Shown: piece by piece, positions 48,380-58,509 of the stretch | Numbering within the stretch: the first letter of the stretch is position 1 | How the letters are laid out: every line of letters begins with the position of its first letter | Source of the DNA: Candidatus Nomurabacteria bacterium | GTDB lineage: Bacteria; Patescibacteriota; Minisyncoccia; Phycocordibacterales; UBA918 | DNA length: 64,000 nt | Reading direction: 5' to 3' | Assembly (NCBI GenBank): GCA_020632095.1 | Contig: JACKGF010000001.1 | Span: forward strand, 669,366 to 733,365 | Translations under genes and position numbers: made by a program | The notes under the pieces: generated by a model | What the model saw: the letters and a program-made list of their open reading frames with translations, nothing else | The model's database searches: none | Told to the model about the DNA's origin: nothing

Positions 48380-48616
48380 GTGAAAAATAGTAACGTGGCA
48401 AGATTTTTGGCATTAGCCTCAGTGGTTGTAGTATTCATGGGAATGTTTTTACTAAGTAACGCATTCTTTTGGGGACACGACAGCATCACTGGAAACACCC
48501 TGGTAGACATCAGCCCGACCGACACTTCGGTCATTGTGTCTCTGGCTGTGTTCTACATCGGCATAATAACGGCCATCTCATGGGCGACGCCCACGCGCTC
48601 ACAGGTCGCTCAATAA
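48380..48616 (+). CDS. Hypothetical small membrane protein
   Basis: Two TM helices. Confidence 0.3.
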   Translation: MKNSNVARFLALASVVVVFMGMFLLSNAFFWGHDSITGNTLVDISPTDTSVIVSLAVFYIGIITAISWATPTRSQVAQ

Positions 48617-48813
48617 CCTGCTCGTCCCCCGCTTTTTTTGTAAACGCGGGGGTTCATGTTTTTATACAAAATTATAAATATTTAAAGTAAAAGTAGAAAT
48701 CAGATTTTACCGAACTTCCTTTACAAAAAACAAATTTTGAGGTATTGTTTGGTTTGTTTTAGAGCCAATTCTGGCTTTTATCAGTTCCTGTAGTCAACAA
48801 AAAGGGGTCTATC

Positions 48814-49257
48814 ATGCTACAAACTTCTCAAAAACAGTTGTTACCCGACTCAATGTTTTTGTCGGTCAATTATTGGGGCATTCCTGGAGAATTCCTTCAG
48901 GACCAAAAGAAAATGAAGAAATTGAAGGGGTGTCTGATTGACGTATTGTCAAAAAGAACCGAACTCAACCCAGACCAAATTATTTTTTGGGCAGGAAAAA
49001 ATCTCTCCCTTTTAAACAGGGGCGTTAAGGTTGAAATTACCTGGGATGATAGACATCCCGCTGACAAGCGTATGACTGACCCTGAAATAATTTCTTGTAT
49101 CATCTGGGCTATCTCGAGATCTTTTGGTCAAGACAAGATTCCAGGAGAACTGTCCATGCTCAATGTGTGTGCTATATGGGTGGGTGCCCCCATAACTTGG
49201 GTTTTAGACGGCTACCTGCTAACGGTTGAGAGGATAACTGGGATATCATCAACCTGA
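48814..49257 (+). CDS. Hypothetical protein
   Basis: ORF only. Confidence 0.3.
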   Translation: MLQTSQKQLLPDSMFLSVNYWGIPGEFLQDQKKMKKLKGCLIDVLSKRTELNPDQIIFWAGKNLSLLNRGVKVEITWDDRHPADKRMTDPEIISCIIWAISRSFGQDKIPGELSMLNVCAIWVGAPITWVLDGYLLTVERITGISST

Positions 49258-49359
49258 ACAGTACCCTAGAGAAGGTCACCTAAGTTTGGTGACCTTTGTT
49301 TTATTAAGTTTATAGACACCAGATAAATTAATCAAAATCACCTTAAGGGGATTAACAAA

Positions 49360-49671
49360 TTAATTTTGTCGCATCTGGTTCAAAGAGTCACGGGTACTCT
49401 TGTATAGGGTGTACCCTTTCCGAACATCGATAAAACCTGGAATACTCACCCTCACTCGTTCAACAATCACCAAACCTTTTGAAGCCAACGTATTAAGATG
49501 ACCATGCAAAGCAGAATCAGCGATCTTATTACTTAACTGAACAGCTAGGTTTGGTACACTAACCGCGTCAGAACACCTACACAGTCCCAACAGAATATCC
49601 AACTCTTCTTCTGTAACCTCTTTTCCATCAACAACCCTAGAACTAGATTTATCACGAAACCAACCAAACAT
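49360..49671 (-). CDS. Putative winged-helix transcriptional regulator
   Basis: ..LNTLASKGLVIVERV.. wing-like segment; weak. Confidence 0.3.
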   Translation of the reverse strand: MFGWFRDKSSSRVVDGKEVTEEELDILLGLCRCSDAVSVPNLAVQLSNKIADSALHGHLNTLASKGLVIVERVRVSIPGFIDVRKGYTLYKSTRDSLNQMRQN

Positions 49672-49960
49672 CGCTTTCTCCTTTTAAGAACATTGGAATC
49701 AATTTTCGATAGTACCAGAACTACTTAATAACACAACAAAATATTCCGAAACTTAATCTGTATCTGGTTATACAAACCCCAGTACAAACAATAAAATGGC
49801 GAGTATAAATAGGTCTAGTTGAGATCTTTTAAATCCCTGTCTATTCTATACAAGATAATCAAACACACTTCAATCAACCAACCTCTATTAAGGAGCTGAA
49901 AATGGATACTAAAAACAGCCGCTATGTCTATCCGCAGAAACTGCAGACTATAGCACCCAG

Positions 49961-50302
49961 ATGTTTCTGGCTTGTGAAAGAACCATCCAATACCTAGCCC
50001 AGGAGACATTGAAAAAGTTACAAATAAATCCTAAAGAAATAGTTGTGCTTTGTGTGTTAAAGGGTGCAGATTGGTGTAAAGGATTTATAGATATTAGTGA
50101 AACTGATTATGGAGAAGAGGCTGATCCAGACAGAGGAGTTGAAATTCCTGAGGTAAAATTAATAGTTGCCCCCAAGGATGTCCGGCAAGCTTTTGCTGCA
50201 GCTTTACCAGGAAACGAAAATCTGTTTTTTCTGATTCCAAAAGATGGTCAAGTTAGTGTCTTTGTACTAAATAATGACGGAGTTTCTGTGTACAAAACAT
50301 AA
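49961..50302 (+). CDS. Hypothetical protein
   Basis: ORF only. Confidence 0.3.
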   Translation: MFLACERTIQYLAQETLKKLQINPKEIVVLCVLKGADWCKGFIDISETDYGEEADPDRGVEIPEVKLIVAPKDVRQAFAAALPGNENLFFLIPKDGQVSVFVLNNDGVSVYKT

Positions 50303-50432
50303 ACCTTACTCCAACCATACTTGCACTGAAACACCGGCACCCCAAAAGGGTGCCGGTTTTACAATTGTTTAAACCAATAAATTCCAACCCGGGTGTTTTC
50401 TAACTTACAATTATCTGGTATGGTTATCGTCT

Positions 50433-50507
50433 GCCCCTATAGTTTAATGGATAAAACGAGAGGCTTCTATCCTTTTGATGTGGGTTCGATTCCTACTGGG
50501 GGCACCA
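50433..50507 (+). tRNA. tRNA-Arg (anticodon TCT), CCA encoded
   Basis: Acceptor GCCCCTA/TGGGGGC, D-arm GTTT-AATGGATA-AAAC, anticodon stem AGAGG/CCTTT with loop CTTCTAT, T-arm GTGGG-TTCGATT-CCTAC, discriminator A + CCA. Confidence 0.9.
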
Positions 50508-50598
50508 CGTAGCGAGACCTATCGAGAGGGGTTAATACCCCACTAATCTCGATAAGTCTAGCGAAACAATAAAACCACTCGATTGAGTGGTTTTATTG

Positions 50599-50994
50599 TT
50601 AAAGCAAATTCAACATTTCTTCAATTGACTGCCCGAGTTCAGACTGTGTGTATGTTCTACCACGGCCACAACTTACAGCATCAACGCCATGATGAATTAT
50701 GTTTCTAATAAAAGTCATTATGGTTTCTTCACAAGATCTACCAGAATTTACATCCTCCCAAGCTGGCAAGGTAGTTACCCCAGCTTTTTTAGAAATTACT
50801 TGATCCAACTTCCAAGGCATTCCATCTACATATTTACTTTTACTCACATCCCAACGTTCAGGTGAATAGGTTCGTTGTAGTGCTAAATAAAGTTCTATAT
50901 GGAACTCCTCGGACACAATACCAAACGCTTTGTAATTTACTTCAGCAAATGTCGCGTGCCCAAGCTTAGAAGTATGATGGAGTTTATCATCCAT
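50599..50994 (-). CDS. Hypothetical protein (possibly the C-terminal part of a disrupted ParB-like nuclease-domain protein)
   Basis: ORF; N-terminal ..KLHHTSKLGHATFAEV loosely resembles the ParB GxHR region; weak. Confidence 0.3.
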   Translation of the reverse strand: MDDKLHHTSKLGHATFAEVNYKAFGIVSEEFHIELYLALQRTYSPERWDVSKSKYVDGMPWKLDQVISKKAGVTTLPAWEDVNSGRSCEETIMTFIRNIIHHGVDAVSCGRGRTYTQSELGQSIEEMLNLL

Positions 50995-51005
50995 CAAATT
51001 ACCTC

Positions 51006-51173
51006 CTTGAGTTGATGGCGGGAATTTCTACGAGGTTAAATTTGGTAATGCTCGCCTCGAGATCCTTTTGCTGCTTATCGGATAGTGTTCGAGGATTCTT
51101 TTCGTATGGCACGAGGTCGTCCACTTTTCGTACCTCTGTGTGCCACGTTAGTGATGCTTTTTGCATAATACTT
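51006..51173 (-). pseudogene. ParB/sulfiredoxin-like nuclease domain N-terminal fragment
   Basis: MQKASLTWHTEVRKVDDLVPYEKNPRTLSDKQQKDLEASITKFNLVEIPAIN resembles the ParB N-terminus (..L.PYE.NPR.hs..qi..L..SI..fG...Pi.v); terminates prematurely, +1 frame relative to the downstream ORF. Confidence 0.35.
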
Positions 51174-51418
51174 ATTGTTTATTGTTAAAAACGAAAAAGG
51201 GCTCATGCACGCCAACAGTTGTTGGTTCGTGCATGAGCCCTTATTTAAAAGGTCACCCAATGCGGGGACGTAGATATTCGTTTGTTAAGTTCAATGGTAA
51301 TACAACCATTTATCGATGCAAGCAAAAGTTGTTAAATTACATAGTTCAAACACAGAAATCGAAAAAGAATATGCCGAAACATATACCTATGTAGCCAGGA
51401 AACTGTAGTTTGTATTAT

Positions 51419-52027
51419 CTAAACTACAAAACCTACAACTACTTGAATTGGATTGGCGTGAAATTTAACTCCAACACCATTCACTTTTAACCCCACTGTT
51501 GGGTTTGGGATTTGATCCCCCTCAGCATGAGGCTCATCTTCAGAATAGGAGAAGTCTGACTTTAGCATAGCCAAGTCTAAGTTTGGAAACTTAATCATGA
51601 AAGCCTCCCTGACTCCTTTAATAGTATTCTCTTTAGTGTCAAGAACGAATTCAACATGCTCCCAACCATCTATGTATTTATGGTTCGATTTCGGAAACGG
51701 TAATTCAACTGCAGAAGTCTGCCATGTACCCAAATCAAGCGCTTCATCTAATTGAAACATCGATATCTCTCTTCCATTTACATTTACCGATGAGATCATC
51801 TGACCCTTCTCAAGAAGCTGGGTCTTTAATACATCCACGTCTTGATCGTTTTTTATACGAACGCATATATGATCTATTTGAAGATCTTTGCATGCTTCAA
51901 ATATTCCTAGCTCACCCAGGGCATCGCTGAGTTTTCCTGAAAATACTTTGGTTTGTAACTGGAGTTTCTCCCAAGTAACTTTTGTTTGCCTCTTTGATTC
52001 TGCATTCATTACATACCAGTATAACAA
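51419..52027 (-). CDS. Hypothetical protein
   Basis: ORF only. Confidence 0.3.
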   Translation of the reverse strand: MLYWYVMNAESKRQTKVTWEKLQLQTKVFSGKLSDALGELGIFEACKDLQIDHICVRIKNDQDVDVLKTQLLEKGQMISSVNVNGREISMFQLDEALDLGTWQTSAVELPFPKSNHKYIDGWEHVEFVLDTKENTIKGVREAFMIKFPNLDLAMLKSDFSYSEDEPHAEGDQIPNPTVGLKVNGVGVKFHANPIQVVVGFVV

Positions 52028-52109
52028 TTTATTCTCTAAACAATTAAACCTAAGTCCTCAGGAAAAGACGACATAATACCATTGACTTAAGCCATATTCT
52101 GTGATATAT

Positions 52110-53130
52110 CTTTCTCAGATCCGGCTCCCTCCAGCTACCCCTCAAGTAGGACAGATTGCTCATAATAATACTCACTCGAAATCCTAAAATCAATACACTC
52201 TTTCGGTCGGTCATTCAAGAAGGCATGAATCTCATTCAATTCTTCTTGAGTAACAGACGCAATGTCTCTCCGCTTTGGAACAAAGCATCTAATCCAACGA
52301 TTAGTATTCTCTACCAGTCCCTTCTCCCAAGAATGATAAGGGTGGCAGAAATAGATTGGAGCCTGTATGATTTGTTCTAGTTCCGTCCAGTGACGGAATG
52401 CAATGTCGTTGTCGGTGGTGATACTCTTGACTATAATATTGCTAAACATTTTAGAGAACGCTGCACTGATTGTGTGGCGTTTTCTATTGGGTAACTGACG
52501 TACCAAGCTGTATTTAGTTAAACGGTCAGTAGCCACTAGAAGTACGTATGGACTGTACTTAGAGACAATGAAGTCTAGTTCATAGTGACCTAGCTCATGG
52601 CTACCAAGAGGACGAATATCTATATATTTACGGCCATCATCAGCTGGTTTATGTGTGGTCCGTTTCGGACCACTTTTCTTTTTGTTCCAACGCCAGAATA
52701 GTCGATATTCCAGACCACGACTTTCTATGAACTTGTATATAGCTTTGGCGGAACAGGTAACACCGAGCTCTCGTTTGAGATGTCCACTGATTTGTTTAGG
52801 GGTCCACTTCTTCTCCAATTTGTCTTCTACGAAACGAATCAGGAAACTATCTAGAGCCACCTTGAGACACTGACGTTTAGCCCGCCAACGACGTTGACTT
52901 ACTTTTAGTTGGGCTTGCTTGGCGTCATAGACTCCATTAACCCTATTCTTCTTTAGTTCCTGACTGATGGTGTTGGGACTACGTTTGAGGAAGATGGCTA
53001 TTTCTCTGATCAAACTCCCTGCGTTCAATAACTTTTCAATTACGAAACGCTCCTCAAATTGTATGTGTCTGTATGTTTTCATAGACAGCTAATTTACTTT
53101 ATAGCTGTCCTACTTCAAAGGTGTCTGGGG
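52110..53130 (-). mobile_element. IS30-family insertion sequence (approximate boundaries)
   Basis: Transposase gene flanked by imperfect terminal inverted repeats containing GTAGGACAG (52126-52136) and CTGTCCTAC (about 53113-53123). Confidence 0.55.
52135..53082 (-). CDS. IS30-family DDE transposase
   Basis: N-terminal HTH; integrase core; C-terminal HPYHSWEKGLVENTNRWIRCFVPK parallels the IS30 ..[23 protein letters not shown] motif. Confidence 0.85.
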   Translation of the reverse strand: MKTYRHIQFEERFVIEKLLNAGSLIREIAIFLKRSPNTISQELKKNRVNGVYDAKQAQLKVSQRRWRAKRQCLKVALDSFLIRFVEDKLEKKWTPKQISGHLKRELGVTCSAKAIYKFIESRGLEYRLFWRWNKKKSGPKRTTHKPADDGRKYIDIRPLGSHELGHYELDFIVSKYSPYVLLVATDRLTKYSLVRQLPNRKRHTISAAFSKMFSNIIVKSITTDNDIAFRHWTELEQIIQAPIYFCHPYHSWEKGLVENTNRWIRCFVPKRRDIASVTQEELNEIHAFLNDRPKECIDFRISSEYYYEQSVLLEG

Positions 53131-53197
53131 GTTTTTTGAAAAGAGTCTTCTTTTTCTCACAAAACAGAGAAATTCAACTCACATAAGGAATAAAGCG

Positions 53198-54211
53198 ATG
53201 AATATGCTTACAGAGAAGTTTCAACCCGGCAACGTAAAGTTGAACGTCGTTATCATCGGTCTTGGTAGACAAGCTCTTGAAGAGCACTTGCCTGCAGTAC
53301 TCGATTCTGACAATTATCATCTCATTGGTGTCTGTGATACTAATGAGGAAATGCTTGCAAATGCAAGCATTAACCTCGATGCAGCGGTCGAACGCTTCAC
53401 CGATGTTGCCACAATGCTTGCAACGATCAATGCGGATGTCGCTATTGTCGCAGTACCTCACCATGAGTATCTGCCGATCATAACGGAATGTGCAAAGAAC
53501 GGCGTCCATATCCTGAAAGAAAAGCCCTTTGCGCGCAACATGCGTGAAGCGAAAATCTTTCAGGAGATAGCTGAAAAGGCCAACATACATCTGATGACTA
53601 CTTTCCAAAGACGTTTTCATCCTTTGTATCAGGCTTTTGTGCCGATGATTGCGCGTATCGGAAAAATACACACCATCACCTGCCTATATACAATCTCTTC
53701 AAACAATCCTAATTCTGGATGGAGAGGTAGTAAAAAGAAAGCTGGCGGCGGTGTCTTGCTTGATATGGGATACCACGTGCTTGATCTCTTGATCTGGTAT
53801 TTGGATAGACCAACAATTCTCTCTTCGACCATGCAGATATGCAAACAGAACGATCATGATGTGGAGGATGTTGCTCAGTTCACTTTTGAAGTGAATGGCG
53901 CACACGGCACGGGATTGATTTCTTGTGTACATCCGAAAAAACATGAAGAGTTTGTCGTGATTGGCGAAAAAGGATCGGCCGTTCTGACAAGAAATCGCAT
54001 CGAGCGGTACAACAACAATCAAGTGCTCGTTGACTATCTCGAGTCTGAAAAAGGTTGGCATGCAGCGATGATAAACCAATTGGATTATTTTGCGACGGTG
54101 ATTTCTGGACATATTGAGCCGAAGTACAGTACTCCGCAATTCCAAGTTGATAACCATGTGGTTGTCATCGATGAACTTTACTCTCAAGCTGAGGAGAAAA
54201 CTAATGAGTAA
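53198..54211 (+). CDS. Gfo/Idh/MocA-family NAD-dependent oxidoreductase (WbpB-like sugar dehydrogenase)
   Basis: N-terminal Rossmann NVVIIGLGRQALEEHLPAV; GFQRRFHP; family size about 337 aa; GC-rich. Confidence 0.8.
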   Translation: MNMLTEKFQPGNVKLNVVIIGLGRQALEEHLPAVLDSDNYHLIGVCDTNEEMLANASINLDAAVERFTDVATMLATINADVAIVAVPHHEYLPIITECAKNGVHILKEKPFARNMREAKIFQEIAEKANIHLMTTFQRRFHPLYQAFVPMIARIGKIHTITCLYTISSNNPNSGWRGSKKKAGGGVLLDMGYHVLDLLIWYLDRPTILSSTMQICKQNDHDVEDVAQFTFEVNGAHGTGLISCVHPKKHEEFVVIGEKGSAVLTRNRIERYNNNQVLVDYLESEKGWHAAMINQLDYFATVISGHIEPKYSTPQFQVDNHVVVIDELYSQAEEKTNE

Positions 54212-55412
54212 GACAATTAATCCGAAGGACTACCAACACCCAGCAATCTCGCAAGAGATTGTCGACAGTGTTGGAAAGCAACTTCGCGAAGATATTTCCA
54301 TCTATGACAACGGGGGTATCTTCAAGGAAGTAGAAAATGGCCTTAAACAGCTGTTCGAACTTGAGCACGCCGTGGTTTGTTGTAATGGTACTAGTGCCCT
54401 GTACTCAATGTACTACGGCGCTGGTATCACCCATGGTGATGAGGTCATTGTGCCGGCGTATACATTCTTCGCGACCGCTAGCCCTCTCTTTCTGCTTGGC
54501 GCAATACCAATCCTGGCAGATTGCGACGAAAGCGGAAACATCGATCCAAAAAGTGTTCTGGAAAAGATCACGAACAAAACCAAAGCCATCGTGATAACCC
54601 ACATGTGGGGCATCCCTGGCCAAATGTCTGAGCTTGCGGAAATCGCAGAACAACATGACATTTTGTTGCTTGAAGATGTAAGTCACGCTCACGGGGCAAC
54701 CTATGACGGCAAAGTGATCGGTTCCTTCTCTGATGGCGCAGCTTGGAGCCTGCAAGGCAAAAAGCTGCTTACGTCAGGTGAAGGAGGATTGTTCGCAACT
54801 AGGCATCAAAAGTTTTTTGAACGAGCAATCCTGCTCGGACATTTCAACAAACGTGCCAAGCTAGAAGTACACCTTCCTGAACATGTGGCGTTCACAACCA
54901 CTGGACTTGGGGCAAACCTACGCATGCATCCACTGGGTGCCGCTGTGTTGTTGCCTCAAATACGGAACTTTCCTCAACAACTTGCGGAGCGTAGGGAGGT
55001 TGCTGCATTTTTGACTGACGCCATCAGTTCTATCGATGGGCTGTCAAACGTACCGGTTGCCGACAACGTGAACCCTGCCTGGTATGCATTCAACTTCAAG
55101 TTTGACCAAGATGCATTCGAAGTTTCCCGCGAAAAATTCGTGGAGATTTTGGTCTCACTTGGTGGAATTGAGTTTGATATTCCAGGCTCGACGTGCCCAC
55201 TAAACATGCATCCTTTGTTTACACGGCCACAAGATGTGTGTCCGGAATATGCGGAGTATGCAGGTCGCTTTGAAAAAGGAGACTATCCGAAGGCTGACGC
55301 ATTCCATGCAAGTGTGATCAAACTTCCCACTTGGTACGGGGAGAACTACATGGAGTACGCAAAGTACCATGTTCAAATCTTGAAAGAATGCGCCGATAAG
55401 ACAAAACGTTAG
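54204..55412 (+). CDS. DegT/DnrJ/EryC1/StrS-family PLP-dependent sugar aminotransferase (WbpE-like)
   Basis: ..LLEDVSHAHGATYDGK..; PLP-lysine region AWSLQGKKLLTSGEGG; 4-nt overlap (ATGAGTAA) with the upstream oxidoreductase gene. Confidence 0.85.
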   Translation: MSKTINPKDYQHPAISQEIVDSVGKQLREDISIYDNGGIFKEVENGLKQLFELEHAVVCCNGTSALYSMYYGAGITHGDEVIVPAYTFFATASPLFLLGAIPILADCDESGNIDPKSVLEKITNKTKAIVITHMWGIPGQMSELAEIAEQHDILLLEDVSHAHGATYDGKVIGSFSDGAAWSLQGKKLLTSGEGGLFATRHQKFFERAILLGHFNKRAKLEVHLPEHVAFTTTGLGANLRMHPLGAAVLLPQIRNFPQQLAERREVAAFLTDAISSIDGLSNVPVADNVNPAWYAFNFKFDQDAFEVSREKFVEILVSLGGIEFDIPGSTCPLNMHPLFTRPQDVCPEYAEYAGRFEKGDYPKADAFHASVIKLPTWYGENYMEYAKYHVQILKECADKTKR

Positions 55413-55530
55413 ACTATCTGTTTCGACAGATGGACTTAACTCTACTGGGTCCGAGATAATTTCTCGGGCCCTTTCTTTTGACAAATTTTTGTTTTGTAGT
55501 TTACTACTGATAGAAACGGAGGGCACCATA

Positions 55531-56082
55531 ATGTCGAAATCAAATCTAGTTGTACTTTCTGGTCCTTCTGGCTCAGGAAAAAGTTCTGTCATCAAAGAAA
55601 TAGAAAAAGAACTCCCATGCTCTCTTGTTGTCAGCACGACCACCAGAGAACCGAGATCAGGTGAGATTAACGGTATTGACTATCATTTTCTTTCACGGAA
55701 GTCTTTTCAAGATCTTGCTGCCGCTGGTGAGTTCATTGAATACATGGAGTTCAACGGGAATTTCTATGGAATCCATAAACCTGATTTGCAAAAACATGTT
55801 GATGGAGACAAAACCGTAATCCTTGACTTGTCATGCAGCGGAGCAAGAAAAGTAAAAGGGATTCACAAAGAAGCAACGCTAGTGTTTCTTCTACCCCCTT
55901 CTTACAATATTGCTCGGCAGAGATTGCTCGAACGAGGGATGACGCATGACGAAATTGTTCTGCGCGAGCAAGACGACGATAGTCCTTTGTCGGAAGCACG
56001 ATTCTATGATTTGCTAGTTGTTAACCATACTGGCAAACTCAAAGAGACGGCATCAACAATACTTCGCCACCTAAACGTGTGA
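55531..56082 (+). CDS. gmk: Guanylate kinase
   Basis: LSGPSGSGKSS; STTTREPRSGEINGIDYHF; EFNGNFYGI; LPPSYNIARQRLLERG. Confidence 0.8.
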   Translation: MSKSNLVVLSGPSGSGKSSVIKEIEKELPCSLVVSTTTREPRSGEINGIDYHFLSRKSFQDLAAAGEFIEYMEFNGNFYGIHKPDLQKHVDGDKTVILDLSCSGARKVKGIHKEATLVFLLPPSYNIARQRLLERGMTHDEIVLREQDDDSPLSEARFYDLLVVNHTGKLKETASTILRHLNV

Positions 56083-56116
56083 CGGATGGAGGCGGTGCTT
56101 TGCACTGACTCCTTTT

Positions 56117-56638
56117 ATGTTAAAGTTTAATTTATTATCATCCTCATCAGAAATTATGAAAACAGTATCTTGTACAACAATCGACGGATCAACTAAAGAA
56201 GTACCCGTAAATGAACTAACTTTGCGTGCACAACTATATGGAATCATTATCAATGATAAGTCTGAAGTGCTACTAGTGCCCAATTGGGACGGCTACGACT
56301 TCCCCGGAGGAGGCATCGACTTAGGTGAAACATTTGAAGAAGCTTTTAGTAGAGAGATCGTGGAAGAAACAGGCCTAACTGCAACAATGGATGAAATCTT
56401 CTACACAGACGGAAGTTTCTTTTATCATCCAAATAAAGAAAAAGGATTTCAAACTATATTAATGTATGCAACAGCAAAAGAAGTATCTGGTGAAATTTCT
56501 ACAAAAAACCTCGACGTACACGAACAAGATTATGCTGGTGAAGCGAAATGGTTTTCTCTGGAAGAAGCAAAGACCCTTAAGTTTCACAACGACGTTGACT
56601 CAGTTGAGCTGATCCGACAAGCTATCGAAAAGAAATAG
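56117..56638 (+). CDS. NUDIX hydrolase
   Basis: Nudix box PGGGIDLGETFEEAFSREIVEETGL. Confidence 0.75.
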   Translation: MLKFNLLSSSSEIMKTVSCTTIDGSTKEVPVNELTLRAQLYGIIINDKSEVLLVPNWDGYDFPGGGIDLGETFEEAFSREIVEETGLTATMDEIFYTDGSFFYHPNKEKGFQTILMYATAKEVSGEISTKNLDVHEQDYAGEAKWFSLEEAKTLKFHNDVDSVELIRQAIEKK

Positions 56639-56651
56639 ATACTATCTCTGG

Positions 56652-56708
56652 GTGTCAGATTTGTAACATCTGGCTATAAATAAGCCCCTACCGAGAGGGG
56701 TCAAGAAA
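56652..56708 (+). repeat. Approximately 57-nt intergenic repeat (copy 1) containing CCCCTACCGAGAGGGG hairpin
   Basis: gtgtcagatttgtaacatctggctataaataagcccctaccgagaggggtcaagaaa is about 85% identical to 62024-62080. Confidence 0.7.
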
Positions 56709-56846
56709 GAGCGGCGTGAGTCGCTCGGAAACGCTTACGGGGCTTACTGGGTATTTTTCCGGTACGTCTAGGGGGCACACAGGTAAAACAATGTGCCGGA
56801 CGGAGCATGTGAGGAGCGCGCCTCTTAGCGCAACAAACAGCGAGAC

Positions 56847-56909
56847 GGGTGAGAAAGTCTGGGAGACTTTCGCAAGGTCTTGCGAAGTGACCTTGAGTCA
56901 CTTCTCACC
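56847..56909 (+). repeat. Copy C of the structured-RNA-like motif family
   Basis: GGGTGAGAAAGTCTGGGAGACTTTCGCAAGGTCTTGCGAAGTGACCTTGAGTCACTTCTCACC; hairpin GGTC-TT-GCGA-AG-GACC; GGTGAGAA..TTCTCACC closing stem. Confidence 0.55.
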
Positions 56910-57175
56910 TCTGGCTTGCTTCGCTCGCTAGCCACCCAGAAACTTCCTTTTATCGTTGTGAAAGTTTGCTTTCAAGAAAGCTAAACTTTTAGTCAACTCA
57001 ACATAAACAAAATATAGTCGTTTGTACCTTACTTCTTATTTTGCTAATCATTTTTTTGCACTCCTCCCCAAACCCCTCTTCGCTTGAATGAATTAGGCAA
57101 GGAAGTTTTTGGGTTGCTTTCGCTATGATGCAACAGTTATAGTTTCAGTGTCATAGTTATATGATTTGACACATA

Positions 57176-58318
57176 TTACTTTCTAAACAACTTTATGTAA
57201 TCGTCCATGGCAAAATATCGATTACGAGAGTACCCCGTAAGTTCGCGTAAAATACCAACCTCAACTAAATCACTAACTAGATTATTTGCTGCCGCATACT
57301 GCACTCCTAAATACTTTTCTACATCCTTCACATTTACAACAGGGCGAGAGAAAAGGCGTGCAAGTAATTTCTGTGCACGTGGAGCACGCTTCCCAAGCGT
57401 GGTAATTTTCTGGTCGTAAATTGTACGCAGCTGGATGATGTTTTCAAATGTCTTCTTAGATTTCTTACTGGTCTCAATAACACCTTCCAAAAAGAATAGA
57501 ATCCATTGATCAATATCATTATGACTTCGAACACGATCTAGTGAATCATAATAAGACTGACGATGAGTCTCAAAAAAGTCTGAGATGTACAGCACGGGGT
57601 TCTGTAAATACCCCCGCTCAAGTAGCTGAAGCAGTATCAAGAGTCTACCAATACGACCATTACCATCTAAAAATGGGTGAATTGTTTCAAACTGGTAGTG
57701 GCAAACTGCCACTTTAATTAAAATAGGAATATTACTACTTGTGTTGTGCCAAAACTTTTCCCAATCATCCAGAAGGTCTGGTAACTGTGTGTGGTGGGGT
57801 GGAATGAAATGAGCAGTGTTAATTGAAGCTCCTCCAATCCAGTTTTGACTCGTTCGAATTTCACCAGGCATTTTATACTCCCCGCGAACTCCAGAAAGTA
57901 GGGTGCAGTGTGTTTCTTTAATTAGCCGAGCTGATACTGGCAGTTGTACAAGGTTTTCTATCGCATGATTCATTGCTGAAATATAATTTTGAACTTCCTG
58001 CCAATCATCACGCTTTTCTGGATCAATTTCCTCTGCAGGCAGAAGAGCTTCGTCCATTCCTGTTTTTGTCCCTTCTATTTTTGATGAGCTTACTGCTTCG
58101 GATGCCACATGCATCTGAATAAAAAAATTAACATCGGGAATTAGTGTTCCGTATGCATTAAGCTCACCTAGCAGACGAGTAGCTTCTTCTAGAGAAACAA
58201 GAATTTTATTATTATCAATTTTAAAATCCTTGTTTATATGTTCAGGTAAAAAGTACTCATACTCATGAGGCTTGCCCTTGTCGCAAAAAACTTTATTACC
58301 TAAATTAAATTCTTTCAT
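57176..58318 (-). CDS. Fic-family protein (Fido domain + C-terminal winged helix)
   Basis: Fic motif HPFLDGNGRIGRLL. Confidence 0.85.
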   Translation of the reverse strand: MKEFNLGNKVFCDKGKPHEYEYFLPEHINKDFKIDNNKILVSLEEATRLLGELNAYGTLIPDVNFFIQMHVASEAVSSSKIEGTKTGMDEALLPAEEIDPEKRDDWQEVQNYISAMNHAIENLVQLPVSARLIKETHCTLLSGVRGEYKMPGEIRTSQNWIGGASINTAHFIPPHHTQLPDLLDDWEKFWHNTSSNIPILIKVAVCHYQFETIHPFLDGNGRIGRLLILLQLLERGYLQNPVLYISDFFETHRQSYYDSLDRVRSHNDIDQWILFFLEGVIETSKKSKKTFENIIQLRTIYDQKITTLGKRAPRAQKLLARLFSRPVVNVKDVEKYLGVQYAAANNLVSDLVEVGILRELTGYSRNRYFAMDDYIKLFRK

Positions 58319-58509
58319 ACGGACAGTATAACATATCCTGTTATCTCTTTCAAGCTTAAAAGATACTATGGGTTATTATGTTATGTTTTCAATCACTTAT
58401 GCTTCTCGTCAACTTATAGAGATAGTGCGGATTTTGAAACCAGAGTCTTAGCTATACCCCTACGGAGGCAATAAATCAGTTGGTTTGTTTATTACTAGTC
58501 TTTAATCAA

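Noticed and set aside
50599-51173. Single intact ParB-like nuclease gene spanning 50599-51173
   Set aside because: The N-terminal ParB-like fragment ends in a stop and is +1 out of frame with the downstream ORF, whose similarity to the ParB GxHR region is weak. Reported only as a fragment or possible pseudogene.
53174-54187. Minus-strand ORFs 53174-53671, 53629-53844 and 53699-54187 overlapping the Gfo/Idh/MocA gene, plus 54337-55207 ORFs inside the aminotransferase
   Set aside because: Spurious ORFs in a GC-rich region; the + strand genes have clear family motifs.
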